64,000 nt of DNA from an uncultured candidate division Zixibacteria bacterium (GTDB lineage Bacteria; Zixibacteria; MSB-5A5; GN15; PGXB01), in NCBI GenBank assembly GCA_963702205.1, contig OY969724.1, positions 1,888,001-1,952,000 of the forward strand, read 5' to 3'. Position numbers and translations under genes: made by a program. Of this stretch, positions 1 to 11,030 are shown one piece after another. Within the stretch, counting starts at the first letter, position 1, and each line of letters starts with the position of its first letter. The notes under the pieces are model-generated. The model was given only the letters and a program-made list of their open reading frames with translations, made no database searches and was not told where the DNA came from.

Positions 1-77
1 ATTATTCTCCTCCATGTGCATAACCGTTTAATATCATGCACTTATTACGGCTAAGTTGCGGCCCAAAGCAAAAATTC

Positions 78-509
78 TTAGGTCGACTTTTTGACGCTCT
101 GCTCTCCCTGCCGACGCATCATATCGTCGATTGAATATTCATCGAAGACTGCCATCAGTTTGGATTCGGCTTGTTTCAATACGTCGCGAACCGGGCAGAA
201 CTCGGATTTGGGACAATCGTTCGGATGTTTCAAGCATTTGGCAAGGCTGTACGGTCCCTGAATGGCCTCAATAATCTGACGGGCGGAAACTTCTTCGGGA
301 TTGCTAATCATGCTAAAACCGCCGCGAATGCCTCGATGTGACCTGACGATCCCGGCCCGGGTCAGGTTCTGGAATATTTTGGCCAGAAATTTTTCCGGCA
401 CGTCTTCAGCCTTCGCGATTTCGGACAAAGGAACGACTTTATCTTCGCCAGCCCGGGCAAGGTAGATAACTCCTCGCAAGCCATATGATTCGGCCTTCGT
501 AAACTGCAT
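78..509 (-). CDS. Rrf2 family transcriptional regulator (IscR/NsrR-like, 3 Cys)
   Basis: YGLRGVIYLA...EKFLAKIFQNL...SHRGIRGGF winged HTH; C-terminal C-x6-C-x5-C. Confidence 0.9.
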   Translation of the reverse strand: MQFTKAESYGLRGVIYLARAGEDKVVPLSEIAKAEDVPEKFLAKIFQNLTRAGIVRSHRGIRGGFSMISNPEEVSARQIIEAIQGPYSLAKCLKHPNDCPKSEFCPVRDVLKQAESKLMAVFDEYSIDDMMRRQGEQSVKKST

Positions 510-740
510 CTTTCCGTCCTCCCCTGTTGCCGGTTCATTTTATTGTCCGGCCGTTGTCAAAAGGCGGTACTTCACCGTTGATGAAAATAGAGCGAAAAGC
601 GGATAATGTCAATATTCTTTATGTTATTTTTTTCACAAATTACCTGCCTTTTTCTGTTGCCTTTCTTGATGATTTGCCCGTAAATGCTAAGTAGATTATT
701 ACAATGATTGACAAGTACAGCGTTTTATTTTGCTTTTGAA

Positions 741-3423
741 ATGAAATTAAAATCGACCAAATCGACCCTCACGGCTTATTCTTCAGATGGCTCCATTTAT
801 GCCGTCGAACCGCGCCAGATTCGTCAGATTGAATCTGTCGATGAAATAATCACAGCCATCGTCGAAGCGAGACAAGATGGGATTTCCGTTACGGCCCGGG
901 GAGGGGGAACCGGTCTTGCGGGAGGAGCCGTCGGCAGCGGTATAATCCTCGATTTCGGGAAATTTGATGAAATAGAGAAAATCGATACGGCGACCAACAC
1001 CGTGACGACTCGGGTTGGGGTACTCTATGAAGAATTGAACCTGGCTTTGCGGCCTCATGGGCTGTTTTTCCCGCCGGATCCGTCGTCCGGCGATTCCTGC
1101 CAGTTAGGCGGGATGCTGGCGAATAATTCATCGGGGCCGAGATCGGTCAAATATGGTCTGACATCGGACTTCGTGGAAGAAATGGAAGTGGTTCTGTCCG
1201 ATGGCCGGAAAGCCCGGTTGAAGAAATTCAAAATTGATTCCGATGAGTTGAACGGATTCTTTGCCGATTTCCCTCAATTCCAGAAAGTTTATAATCTGTT
1301 CCGCGAAAATTCAGGCCTGATTAAAAATAGATGGCCGAATCTCAAGAAAAACTCGGCCGGATACAATCTCAAACAGGTGATCGATGATTTCGAGCGAGGA
1401 ATTTTTAACATACCGGCACTGCTTGTCGGTTCTGAAGGCACACTTGGTGTGTTCGCTAAAGCCAGGCTGAGACTTTTGCCGCTGCCCGAAAAGGTCTTGA
1501 CGATACGCCTGTATTTTAAGTCGCTGGTCGATGCCGGGAGAGCGGTGATGCCAATTAAATCGCTCAGTCCGGCCTGTCTGGAAATAGTCGATGGCTCGAC
1601 TCTCGATTTGATTGGCCGCGAAAAGCACGGACTTCCCAAAGAAGCGGCCGCGCTGTTACTGGTAGAGTTTGACGAGGATATCTCCGCCCAAAAGGATGCC
1701 TTCGAAATGATCGCCGGGTCACTGAACCTGATTTTTCCTCCGGAGTATGCCCACGACCCGGAAAAGACCGCGGCACTATGGAAAGCGCGCAAGGCTATCG
1801 TGCCGACGCTGTACCGTCACCACCCGAAACGCCGCCCGCTGGCTATCATCGAAGACGTCTCTCTGCCGCCCGACCAGGTGCCGCCGTTTATCGAGTACGT
1901 GACCGAATTGTTCAACAATCACGGCCTGACATTCGGGATTTTCGGTCACATCGGCGACGGCAACCTGCATTTGCGGCCGCTCCTGGACCTGAATGACGCC
2001 GCCGATATGGAGCTGGCTAAAAGGCTGTATGATCAAGTCTATGAAAAAGTAATCAATCTGGGTGGGTCGACCACCGCCGAACACGCCGACGGTCGTCTAA
2101 GAACCCCGATGGTGCGGCAATTGTACGGTGCAAAAATCCATGACGTATTCGTGCAGATCAAGAATATTCTCGATCCCGACCGCGTTCTTTCGCCGCATAA
2201 TATAACCGGTGAAGCAGCTTTCACCGATGAAATCGACTTCGAGAAAATCAAGTCGGTACTGCGCCGCCTGCGGCAAGTGCAACGGTTATTGTCCGGCCTA
2301 CGATATCTTCCGGCGCGAGGACCTGTCACCCCGGGGCTGGCTGCGCATGATCAATCAATCCGGAGCCGACCGGGCCGAACTGATGCACTATCTGTCGTAC
2401 TGCCTGAACTGCAAGAACTGCGCGACCGTCTGTCCGGCCGGAGTCGATATCGCCGCCGAGATAATAGAATTCAAAAGCCGACAACCGGGGGAAATATCGA
2501 AGGTTATAATAGCCGGGGTGGATTATCAACCGCTGTTTAATCTGGCGCTGACGATCGGCCGGTTCATGCAGCCTGTGACCAGCAGCGAGTTCGGAAAGAA
2601 AATGGCCGCTATCCCGGCCGGTCCGATGTTCGGCTGGGATAAAACAATTGCGCTGCCGCAGATTGCCCCGAGGCCACTCCGTAAAAGATTCGCCGACCGG
2701 GTTGGAACATCGGGTGAAGTGGCCTTCTTCCACGGCTGCGCCGACAACTGGTTCGAGTCGAACGTCGGTGAGGCGCTGTTCAAAGTCTTCGACCGGCTCG
2801 GCATAGACCTCAAAATTCCCGAGCAGAAGTGCTGCGGTCTGCCGATGGAAGTGTACGGCCATCGTGATAATCTGATTTCAAAGGCGAAATACAATATCGA
2901 CCGGTTGGAAAATTTCTCGGCGGTCATCAGCGGCTGTGCTTCGTGCCTGCATAAACTGCAGGAATATGCCGAACTTTTAAAAGATGATCCCGAGTATGGA
3001 CCCAAAGCCGCGAATCTCGCCGGGCGGTGTTTCGATATAAGCCAGTATCTGAATGTGAGGAATATTGATCTATCGCAATTCGAGAAAGACAACAAACTCC
3101 GGGTCACGTATCACAATCCCTGTCATCTAAGGGCGGCCGGGCTGCACAAAGAGCCGGAAAAGCTACTGGGCAAATTAAAAAACGTCGAAATAATCGCGCC
3201 GCTGCACGCCGACCGCTGCTGCGGACAGGCGGGATCGTACGGTTACACACATTTTCGCGAGGGCAAGCGCATATTCGAAAAGAAAAAATATGCCTACGAG
3301 GACATCGAAGCCGATTACCTGATGACCTCCTGCCCGGCGTGTCAGATGAAAATCAGGTCGGAACTTAACGGCCGTTTCAAGGTTGTTCATCCCATAGAGA
3401 TACTGGCGGATTTGCTGAACTAA
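741..3423 (+). CDS. FAD-binding/(Fe-S)-binding oxidoreductase (GlcD/Dld + GlcF-like fusion), split by a +1 frameshift near 2255
   Basis: ORF 708..2540 has RGGGTGLAG, PPDPSS, GHIGDGNLH and AEHADG. ORF 2209..3423 has two CxxCxxCxxxCP motifs and CCG domains. The two join as ...FEKIKS/YCAACGKC. ATG at 741 taken as start. Confidence 0.85.
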
Positions 3424-3446
3424 AAAGATTTTGCGAGGGGAATAAT

Positions 3447-4001
3447 ATGGCCGAGGACTTCAAGGAAATAAAAGAAAAAGGACTGCTGGTCGTGTATACC
3501 GGTAATGGTAAAGGCAAGACGACGGCGGCGCTGGGCATGACGGTCCGCGCGGTCGGCTATGACTGGAAAGTCTGTATCGTGCAATTCATTAAAGGAAGCT
3601 GGAAGTATGGCGAGCTTGACGGCATTAAAAAGCTGGCGCCGAACGTGGAACTGAACGTCATGGGGCAGGGGTTTGTCGGGATTGTCGACGACGATAAACC
3701 GTTCGAGGATCACCGCACCGCCGCCAAGAAGGCGTTCGAAGCGGCCCGGGAGAAGATGCTTTCCGGGAAATATCAACTCATTATTCTCGATGAATTGAAC
3801 GTGGCCGTTTCACTGGGACTGATATCCGATGACGAACTGCACGAACTGATCGAACAAAAGCCGGAGATGCTGCACCTGGTCATTACCGGTCGCGGCGCGA
3901 CCCAGTGGTTGATCGACAAGGCCGATCTGGTCACGGAAATGACAGAGATCAAGCACCCGTACCAAAAAGGTATCCTGGCCCAGAAGGGTGTCGACTTTTA
4001 G
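3447..4001 (+). CDS. cobO: cob(I)alamin adenosyltransferase (CobA/CobO/BtuR)
   Basis: YTGNGKGKTTAALG, VQFIKG, ILDE, VITGR, ADLVTEM..KHPY. Confidence 0.93.
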   Translation: MAEDFKEIKEKGLLVVYTGNGKGKTTAALGMTVRAVGYDWKVCIVQFIKGSWKYGELDGIKKLAPNVELNVMGQGFVGIVDDDKPFEDHRTAAKKAFEAAREKMLSGKYQLIILDELNVAVSLGLISDDELHELIEQKPEMLHLVITGRGATQWLIDKADLVTEMTEIKHPYQKGILAQKGVDF

Positions 4002-4111
4002 GTTTGACCACTATAAAAATCCTTGATAAGATCCCGCGGAACCAATATTATTCAATCTTGTTGTTAATATAGCTTATAAGAGACCATTTGACCCATTATG
4101 AGGGAGCGACA

Positions 4112-5041
4112 ATGGCGGAGAAAAATTACGATATAGTGGTAATCGGGGGCGGACCGGGCGGACTCACGGCCGGTATGTATGGCGCTCGGGCGAAAATGAA
4201 AACGGTCCTGCTGGAAAAATATCTCCCCGGCGGACAGATCGCCAATACCGAAGAAGTTGAAGATTATCCGGGTTTCGAACTGATATCCGGCGCCGAACTG
4301 GCTACGAAAATGGCCGACCACGCCAAAAAATTCGGTCTGGAAATTGTCTCCGATGAAGTTAAAGAAGTATACAACGAAGGTGAAGATCGCATTGTCTTGG
4401 CCGCTTCCGGTGATATCTATCGGGCCAAAGCGGTCATCGTGTCGACCGGCGGTTCGCCGACCCTTCTCAATGTCCCCGGTGAAAAAGAATTTACGGGTAA
4501 AGGGGTTTCATACTGCGCCATCTGCGACGCGAACTTCTTCAAGGGTGAAATTATCGCGGTTGCCGGCGGGGGAGACGCCGCCGTCGAAGAGGGAATGTTC
4601 CTGACCAAATTCGGCAGCAAAGTCATACTGATACATCGCCGCGATGAACTCCGAGCCCAGAAAGTTATTCAGGATCGAGCTTTTAAGAACAACAAAATGG
4701 AATTCCTCTGGGATACGGTGGTCGAGGCGATTGAAGGTGACAACAAGGTGCGGAAACTCTCCCTCAAGAATGTCAAGACCGGAGAAAAATCGACGCTTGA
4801 CGTCGGGGCGATATTTATCTTCATCGGTTTCCACCCCAATTCCAACATTTTCCGCGAGGAAATCAAGAAGGACTCCAGCGGTTATATCATCACCGACGAC
4901 AAAATGGAAACGTCGATCAAAGGCATATATGCCTGCGGCGACGTCCGGCATCAGCTGGTGCGCCAGATTACCAACGCCGTGGGTGACGGCACAACCGCCG
5001 CCATGGCCGCCGAGAAATATATCGAATCGATGCACGAGTAG
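4112..5041 (+). CDS. trxB: thioredoxin-disulfide reductase
   Basis: GGGPGGLTA, GVSYCAICD (CxxC), GGGDAAVEE, ACGDV; ATG 4112 follows GGGAG. Confidence 0.95.
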   Translation: MAEKNYDIVVIGGGPGGLTAGMYGARAKMKTVLLEKYLPGGQIANTEEVEDYPGFELISGAELATKMADHAKKFGLEIVSDEVKEVYNEGEDRIVLAASGDIYRAKAVIVSTGGSPTLLNVPGEKEFTGKGVSYCAICDANFFKGEIIAVAGGGDAAVEEGMFLTKFGSKVILIHRRDELRAQKVIQDRAFKNNKMEFLWDTVVEAIEGDNKVRKLSLKNVKTGEKSTLDVGAIFIFIGFHPNSNIFREEIKKDSSGYIITDDKMETSIKGIYACGDVRHQLVRQITNAVGDGTTAAMAAEKYIESMHE

Positions 5042-5063
5042 GCCAATAAACCGTAGCCACTGG

Positions 5064-5090
5064 AAAAAGCCCCGATCCGGGGCTTTTTTT
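5064..5090 (+). terminator. intrinsic terminator after trxB
   Basis: AAAAAGCCCCG-ATC-CGGGGCTTTTTTT. Confidence 0.85.
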
Positions 5091-5311
5091 ATCATGGTCT
5101 TTGCGATAATGTTGCATGTATTTGCAATATTGGATTTATCAGATTGTCCGACTATATCGGGGCAAACTTTGCGCAATCAATGAATTAATTGTTGTCAAAC
5201 TGGATAGGGAGGTGGGCATTGACTATATTGTATTATACTGACTTATGGGCATATTACTTGCATTGGAGAATACGGGTCTAAGAACATTAAGACCTTAGAG
5301 TTGTTAGAGAT

Positions 5312-5383
5312 ATAGGGAGTGGTGTGTGCTGTTTACAGCCACCTGACGTTAGAGTCGGGCATCCCCCCTCCACCACTCCCTAT
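5312..5383. other. candidate structured RNA or leader element
   Basis: Perfect 13-bp inverted repeat ATAGGGAGTGGTG/CACCACTCCCTAT enclosing two small hairpins. Confidence 0.4.
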
Positions 5384-5513
5384 TATTTTATCCGCCCAAT
5401 CTAATTTTATCCCCGGCATTGCCGATAACTTCACAAAGTACTTATTGACAGCCAAACGAGAACCCCTGCCCTGCCTTAAAGTTATGGACGGGTTACCCTG
5501 AGAACGGACCAAA

Positions 5514-7415
5514 ATGTCGAAAATGAAATCACAAAATCTGCTGGCGCGAGTTTCCACGCTGATGATTGTCCACGTTGTCTTCATTTTTGCCGCTCTGGCG
5601 CTGGTTCTGTTGTTCGGCAATGACAGCTGCCTTTTGACTCAGCATTTCAAAACGATGGACGACCGCCTTAACTCCACTTCCGGCGAAATATTAAGCGCCG
5701 TCGATCATGCCGATATTACCAGCCCCGATGATCCCCGGGTCGAAGCCCTGCTCGCCATATACCTGAAGAAATATGACAGCTTTGCGAATATCGAACTTAT
5801 CCCGCTGCACAAGAACGCCGGCTCGTTCCCACAGATGCCGGATGTGAAGACACCGAATCCGAATGATATGTCCTCAGAAAGGGCAGTTTCAAAAGCGGGA
5901 GGATCGAATAAAATTTTCGCCAGCCTGTCGGACGACAGGAATTTCATTACGTACTTTGTGTCACCGCAGTCTCCGGATGCACGATTCGCTTTGAGTGTTA
6001 CGGTCGGCAACGTGCTGTTGTCCAATACCAGCACCGATATAGCCTACGTGCTTGTCCTGCTCTTTCTGGTGTCCACGCTGATTTCGCTTTTAATGGTGAA
6101 TTTGATTCATAAAAATGTCCGCCGACCGCTCAAAGAACTGACTACCGGATTTCGCAAAACCGCCCGGGGTGAGGAATACGAAATCGAAACTCATTATGCC
6201 GAAAAAGACATGGCTTATCTTTGCGGCGCGTTCAATGATATGGTCGCAAGCCTGAGCGACAACCGTCAAAAGCTGGAAAACACCAACCGTCAACTGCGCC
6301 AGTCAAATCGCGCTCTGCGGGAGTCGGAATCCATCATGACGTCGCTTATCGATTATTCCCCCGACGCCATTATCGTGACCGATATGAACGACCGGGTGAC
6401 GATTTACAATCTGACGGCCGCGCAGGATTTCGGTTACGATCAAAACGACATGCTCGGCATGAGTATTGAAAACCTGATCAAACTTCCTGCGGATTGTCCC
6501 GATGCCGATAGTCCGACCGACGACAGGCAATGTCAGGAAGTGATCTGCCGCCAGCACAAGGGGCGTAATTTCCCGGCGCTGATGGTTCAAACTCAACTTA
6601 TACTGGGTGGCCACAAACCCGCCTCGAAACTCTATTTCCTCAAAAATATCTCCGAATCGAAGAACTATCAGGAGATGGTTATCAAGCTCGACCGAATCGC
6701 GTCGAAAGGCAAAATGGCCCGCGACATAGCGCACGAAATAAATAATTATCTCGCCATATTGCAGGGGAACCTGGAACTGCTGCCGATGCTTCTGGCCAAA
6801 AGCGATCAGGAAAAAGTAACGAAAAAGATCGATCTGATGCGCGACACGGTCGACAATATCACGAAATTCACCAAAGGTCTGAGCCGGTTCTCCGATGAAA
6901 ACAGCGATTTCAGCAAAGAAGACCTGAACCAGCTGGTCGAGAATCTGATTGCCTTCGTCAAGCCGCAAAACCGGTTCGATAATATAGAGTTTGAAACCAT
7001 TCTGGCCGACAATATCCCTCTGGCCGAGGTGGACGTCGGGCAGATCCAGCTGCTTCTGGTCAATTTGCTGTATAATGCCTCCGAGGCCATGAAAGACGGC
7101 GGCGACTTCCAGAAGGTCGTGATTGCCACGGTATACGATGAAGCTACGGGGAATTTTTCAATCAGCGTCACAGACAACGGCAAAGGTGTCGACCCTGAAA
7201 ACCGCGAAAGACTTTTCGTTAACCGGTTCAGCACCAAGCAGGGTGGTAACGGCCTCGGTCTGATCACCGCGAAAAACGTGGCTGACAATCATCACGGGCA
7301 ACTGACTTATGCTCCGGCCGAGCAGGGGTCAGTTTTTTCAGTTTCAATTCCTTGCCGCCGGGCCGACTCCGAGGAACCCGAAGCGACAAGCCAACCCGCC
7401 GCTGCGGCCGGGTAA
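5514..7415 (+). CDS. membrane sensor histidine kinase (HAMP-PAS-HisKA-HATPase)
   Basis: Two TM segments; PAS (SPDAIIVTD); H-box IAHEINN; NLLYNA, DNGKG, GNGLGL. Confidence 0.9.
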   Translation: MSKMKSQNLLARVSTLMIVHVVFIFAALALVLLFGNDSCLLTQHFKTMDDRLNSTSGEILSAVDHADITSPDDPRVEALLAIYLKKYDSFANIELIPLHKNAGSFPQMPDVKTPNPNDMSSERAVSKAGGSNKIFASLSDDRNFITYFVSPQSPDARFALSVTVGNVLLSNTSTDIAYVLVLLFLVSTLISLLMVNLIHKNVRRPLKELTTGFRKTARGEEYEIETHYAEKDMAYLCGAFNDMVASLSDNRQKLENTNRQLRQSNRALRESESIMTSLIDYSPDAIIVTDMNDRVTIYNLTAAQDFGYDQNDMLGMSIENLIKLPADCPDADSPTDDRQCQEVICRQHKGRNFPALMVQTQLILGGHKPASKLYFLKNISESKNYQEMVIKLDRIASKGKMARDIAHEINNYLAILQGNLELLPMLLAKSDQEKVTKKIDLMRDTVDNITKFTKGLSRFSDENSDFSKEDLNQLVENLIAFVKPQNRFDNIEFETILADNIPLAEVDVGQIQLLLVNLLYNASEAMKDGGDFQKVVIATVYDEATGNFSISVTDNGKGVDPENRERLFVNRFSTKQGGNGLGLITAKNVADNHHGQLTYAPAEQGSVFSVSIPCRRADSEEPEATSQPAAAAG

Positions 7416-7466
7416 CCTGCCGTTATTATTATTGACCGGTCCCTCAAAAAATCCTAATATCTCTTC

Positions 7467-9504
7467 ATGGCCGCAAATTCCGACAAGCAAAATCCGCCCG
7501 GAATAAGTCTGAAAATCGCCTTACCGGTGATAATCACTACCGGCATATTGCTGTTCGTTTTCACGTACCTCGGCATTCAGAAGAGTCGTCAGGACAGCCT
7601 GGAACTGTTGAAACGACAGGGCTCGGCGCTGACCGAAGCGCTGGCTCTTTCGGCGGACAATGCCATCAAGGCCAATTCGTTTTTCGATCTTTTGGTCCGG
7701 GAGAAATTCAGCGACATGACGTCGTTTCTGGCGTCCCGGCCCGATTTCGATTATTCCGGTGAGGAACTCGACGATTTTTCATCCAGTTACGGGGTCGATG
7801 CCATTTTCGTGTTCGATACGTCCCTGGACGTCACGACGTACGGAACTCGCGGGGTATTCATCAATCCCGACAAAGTCCTCGACGACTCTTTCGGCGATTT
7901 GGAAAAATTCAAAGCCGATTCGGTCGAGTTTAACAATCTGGAAACGATTTACGGTGACCTTCCCGGCCAGGTTACGATGTACTATTTCGAGAAAATCAAT
8001 AATAGTAAGTACATCATTATGATCGTGGCCGACGCCTTGTTTTACACGGAATCGAAAAAATCGATCGGCATCGGTTATCTCGTGCAAAATATCGGCCGCG
8101 AAATAGGCATAGAGTACATTTTTTACCAGACCCCGGACGGGATCGTATTTTCTTCACGTAAGCTCGAACCGGTTCTCAAGATCGAAAAAGATCCGTTCTT
8201 GCAGGAGGCATTAAAATCCGATACCGCTTTGACCCGCCAGATTACCGTCGGCGACAGGGAAGTGCTGGAACTGGCGCGGGCGTTTCACAGCGATGAGTAC
8301 GGCGACGGGGTTTTTCGCCTGGGCCTGTCGCTCGAAAAAGTACAATACGATTATCGCCGGGTTCGATCGTCAGATGATCGCCCTGAGCGCGGTTATTTTC
8401 GCCGTCATCGTATTGTTCATATTATACTGGCAGGGCAAGCAGAAGCGTCTGCTGCTGAATCGATCGATGCAGCGAATTCAATCTTTGACGGAGATGGTTT
8501 TCGAGAGCGTCACCTCGGCTTTGGTCGTAATTAAAAAGGATTTAAGCGTTGAAATGGCCAACCGGGCGTTCTATGAGTTATTTGGCGTCACTGCGGAAGA
8601 ATTTCTCGGTGAACAGTGGCCCGAACAGCCGTTTGCGGATGTCATCCCGTTTGAAAGCTGCCTTTCGGGGAAATTAACCGCCGATGAATTCGAGACGGAA
8701 TATCAAAGCCCGCTCGGTCCGCGCAACCTGCTGATCAACGTCGCCCCGCTTTATAATTACCGCAGAGAAATCTCCGGCGCGGTGGCGGTTATTTATGATT
8801 ACACGGAAATTAAAGAGCTCGAAGAAACCGGTCGCCGCAAGCAAAGGCTTTCCGAAATGGGCGACCTCGCCGCGGGCGTGGCCCACGAAATTCGCAATCC
8901 GCTCAACGCCATATCCATCGCCGCCCAGAGACTGCTGGCCGAATTCGTACCGACCGAAAACAACGCCGAATTCGAGACGTTTACCAGACAGATCAAGTCC
9001 GAAGCCGACCGCCTGAATGCCATCGTGACGCGATTCCTGTCACTGGCCAAAGGCGATAAAAGGCCGGGGGATAATTTCGAGATGGGATCGGTAATCGAAG
9101 ATACCATCGGATTTCTGCGCCCGGAACTGGAAAAAAAGAAAATCGAAATCAGGACCGATATGAAATCGGGGATAAGACTGGATGGGTCCACGGACCATTT
9201 TAAGCAGGCCATCATAAATCTCGTCAAAAACGCCGCCGAAGCCTGCCCGATGGAGGGGGGATTGATCGAAATTTATCTGAAATCATTCGAAAGTACGGTG
9301 CAGCTGATTATTCGCGACAACGGTTCGGGCATTTCCGAAGAAGCCCGGCACAAGATTTTCAATCCGTACTATTCGACCAAAAAAGACGGCACCGGGCTGG
9401 GACTGTCGATAGTACATCAGGTGATCGAAGAATTCAAAGGGGAGATTCGGGTCGTGGCACCCACGGACGGCGGCACCGAATTCGTCATACAATTGCCCAA
9501 ATAA
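7467..9504 (+). CDS. membrane PAS sensor histidine kinase, split by a +1 frameshift near 8335-8340
   Basis: ORF 7467..8534 (TM + periplasmic domain) joins ORF 8293..9504 (TM, PAS, VAHEIRNPL, DNGSG, GTGLGL) as RLGLSLEK/YNTIIAG. Confidence 0.85.
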
Positions 9505-9533
9505 AAAACGGCCCGCTCAAACGGGCCGTCTTT
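9503..9533. terminator. probable bidirectional terminator
   Basis: ACGGCCCG/CGGGCCGT stem with A and T flanks, between convergent genes. Confidence 0.7.
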
Positions 9534-9552
9534 ATATATATCAGCGTCAGGA

Positions 9553-10827
9553 TTACTTGACGTTCTGCTTCACCCATTCGGTCGAAACCGATTTCGGACG
9601 GGTGATCGGCGTCCCCATCGCACGATTGAGAATCAACTGAGACAGCATACCCATCGCACGCGAAACACTGAAGAGAACCGTGTAGTACGGGAATTCCTTC
9701 ATGCCGAAATGATACAGCAATGAGCCGGAACCGGCGTCGACGTTTGGCCACGGGTTCTTGGCTTTGCCGTGTTTCTCCAGGACTTTCGGAACCACGTCGT
9801 AAACGCGGGCGACCGTCTGGAAAACCTCGCTGTCGGGAAGGTATTCCTTGCCGAAAGCCAGAAAGGCGCTGAAGCGCGGATCGGTGACACGCAGGACGGC
9901 ATGACCGTAACCCGGAATGACCTTGCCGGAATTAAGCGTATCCCAGGCGTGTTTTTCGATTTGTTCTTCGGTGGGCGCACCTTTGAATTGCTTGATGACG
10001 TCCAGCACCCAGCCGAGGCATTCCTGATTGGCGAGACCGTGCAGAGGACCGGCCAGACCGTTCAAACCGGCCGAGACCGAATAGTACGCATCGGACAGGG
10101 CCGAACCGACGGTGTGGCAGGTGTTGGCACTGACATTGCCGCCTTCATGGTCGCAGTGCAGGGTCAGGTAGAGACGAATCAGTTTCGTGAAGACGCCGGT
10201 CTTGTCGGCGATACCCAGCATGCGGGCGTAGTTGGCGCCCCAGTCGAGGTCTTTCTTGTACGGAATCAGTTTGCCCTTTTTGAAACGAATGCGATATACA
10301 CCGGCGGCAATACCGGGCAGGCGGGCCAGAAGAGTCAGAGCATCTTCGAGGGTCGGCTTCCAGTAATCGGTTTTCGGCATGCCCTTGTCGTACGCTTTCT
10401 TGAATTCCGATTCTTTCTGCATGACGAGGATACCGGTGTTGAGCATAGCCATCGGGTGCGAGTCTTTCGGCATGGCATTAAGTACATCCCAGACGTAATT
10501 GGGGACGCGGGAACGCTCGGCCAGTACCTTCTGAAGAGCCGTCGTGTCGGCTTTGGAGGGAAGCTCACCGGTGCAGAGCAGATAGAAAATCTCTTCGGGC
10601 AATTTTTCACGAAGGTCCATGATCGGGATACCGCGGATAATCAAACCCTTTTCGGGGTACACAACCGATGTATCGCAGATCATCGCCTTGACCCCGCGCA
10701 TACCTCCGTACGCCTGAGCCACGGTAACGTCGGAAATCTTCTTGTCTCCAACTGCGACCGCCAGCTTTTTCAGGTCATCACGAAGGCCGGGAATCATTTT
10801 GTTGAGTTTGTTTTGTAACGTGGCCAT
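9553..10827 (-). CDS. gltA: citrate (Si)-synthase, eukaryote-like type
   Basis: YGGMRG, DHEGGNVSA, GLAGPLHGLANQE, PGYGHAVLRVTDPR, NPWPNVDA, RPKS. Confidence 0.93.
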   Translation of the reverse strand: MATLQNKLNKMIPGLRDDLKKLAVAVGDKKISDVTVAQAYGGMRGVKAMICDTSVVYPEKGLIIRGIPIMDLREKLPEEIFYLLCTGELPSKADTTALQKVLAERSRVPNYVWDVLNAMPKDSHPMAMLNTGILVMQKESEFKKAYDKGMPKTDYWKPTLEDALTLLARLPGIAAGVYRIRFKKGKLIPYKKDLDWGANYARMLGIADKTGVFTKLIRLYLTLHCDHEGGNVSANTCHTVGSALSDAYYSVSAGLNGLAGPLHGLANQECLGWVLDVIKQFKGAPTEEQIEKHAWDTLNSGKVIPGYGHAVLRVTDPRFSAFLAFGKEYLPDSEVFQTVARVYDVVPKVLEKHGKAKNPWPNVDAGSGSLLYHFGMKEFPYYTVLFSVSRAMGMLSQLILNRAMGTPITRPKSVSTEWVKQNVK

Positions 10828-11030
10828 TTATATTCTCCTACAGATTAATGTGTGTATGATTTTACGCTAATCTGAACTTTCCGGTCCTTTTATTTAGGTT
10901 TTAAATCGATGCATATATAAACGATGATCGTGATTTTGTCAAGAAAGGCGGGGGCATATTTAGTGATTTTCTTCACAAATTGCGAGATTTTTTTGATTTT
11001 GGGGAGCGCTATTGAAGAGCTTGACTTTTA

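Noticed and set aside
1..13. Probable SD (GGAGGAG) and start of a minus-strand gene downstream of rrf2
   Set aside because: The gene lies outside the window and cannot be called.
9769..10818. Long antisense ORFs (also 13066-14493, 20065-21342, 18573-19622, 43899-44933, 52825-53772)
   Set aside because: These are shadows of well-supported genes on the opposite strand and carry no motifs of their own.
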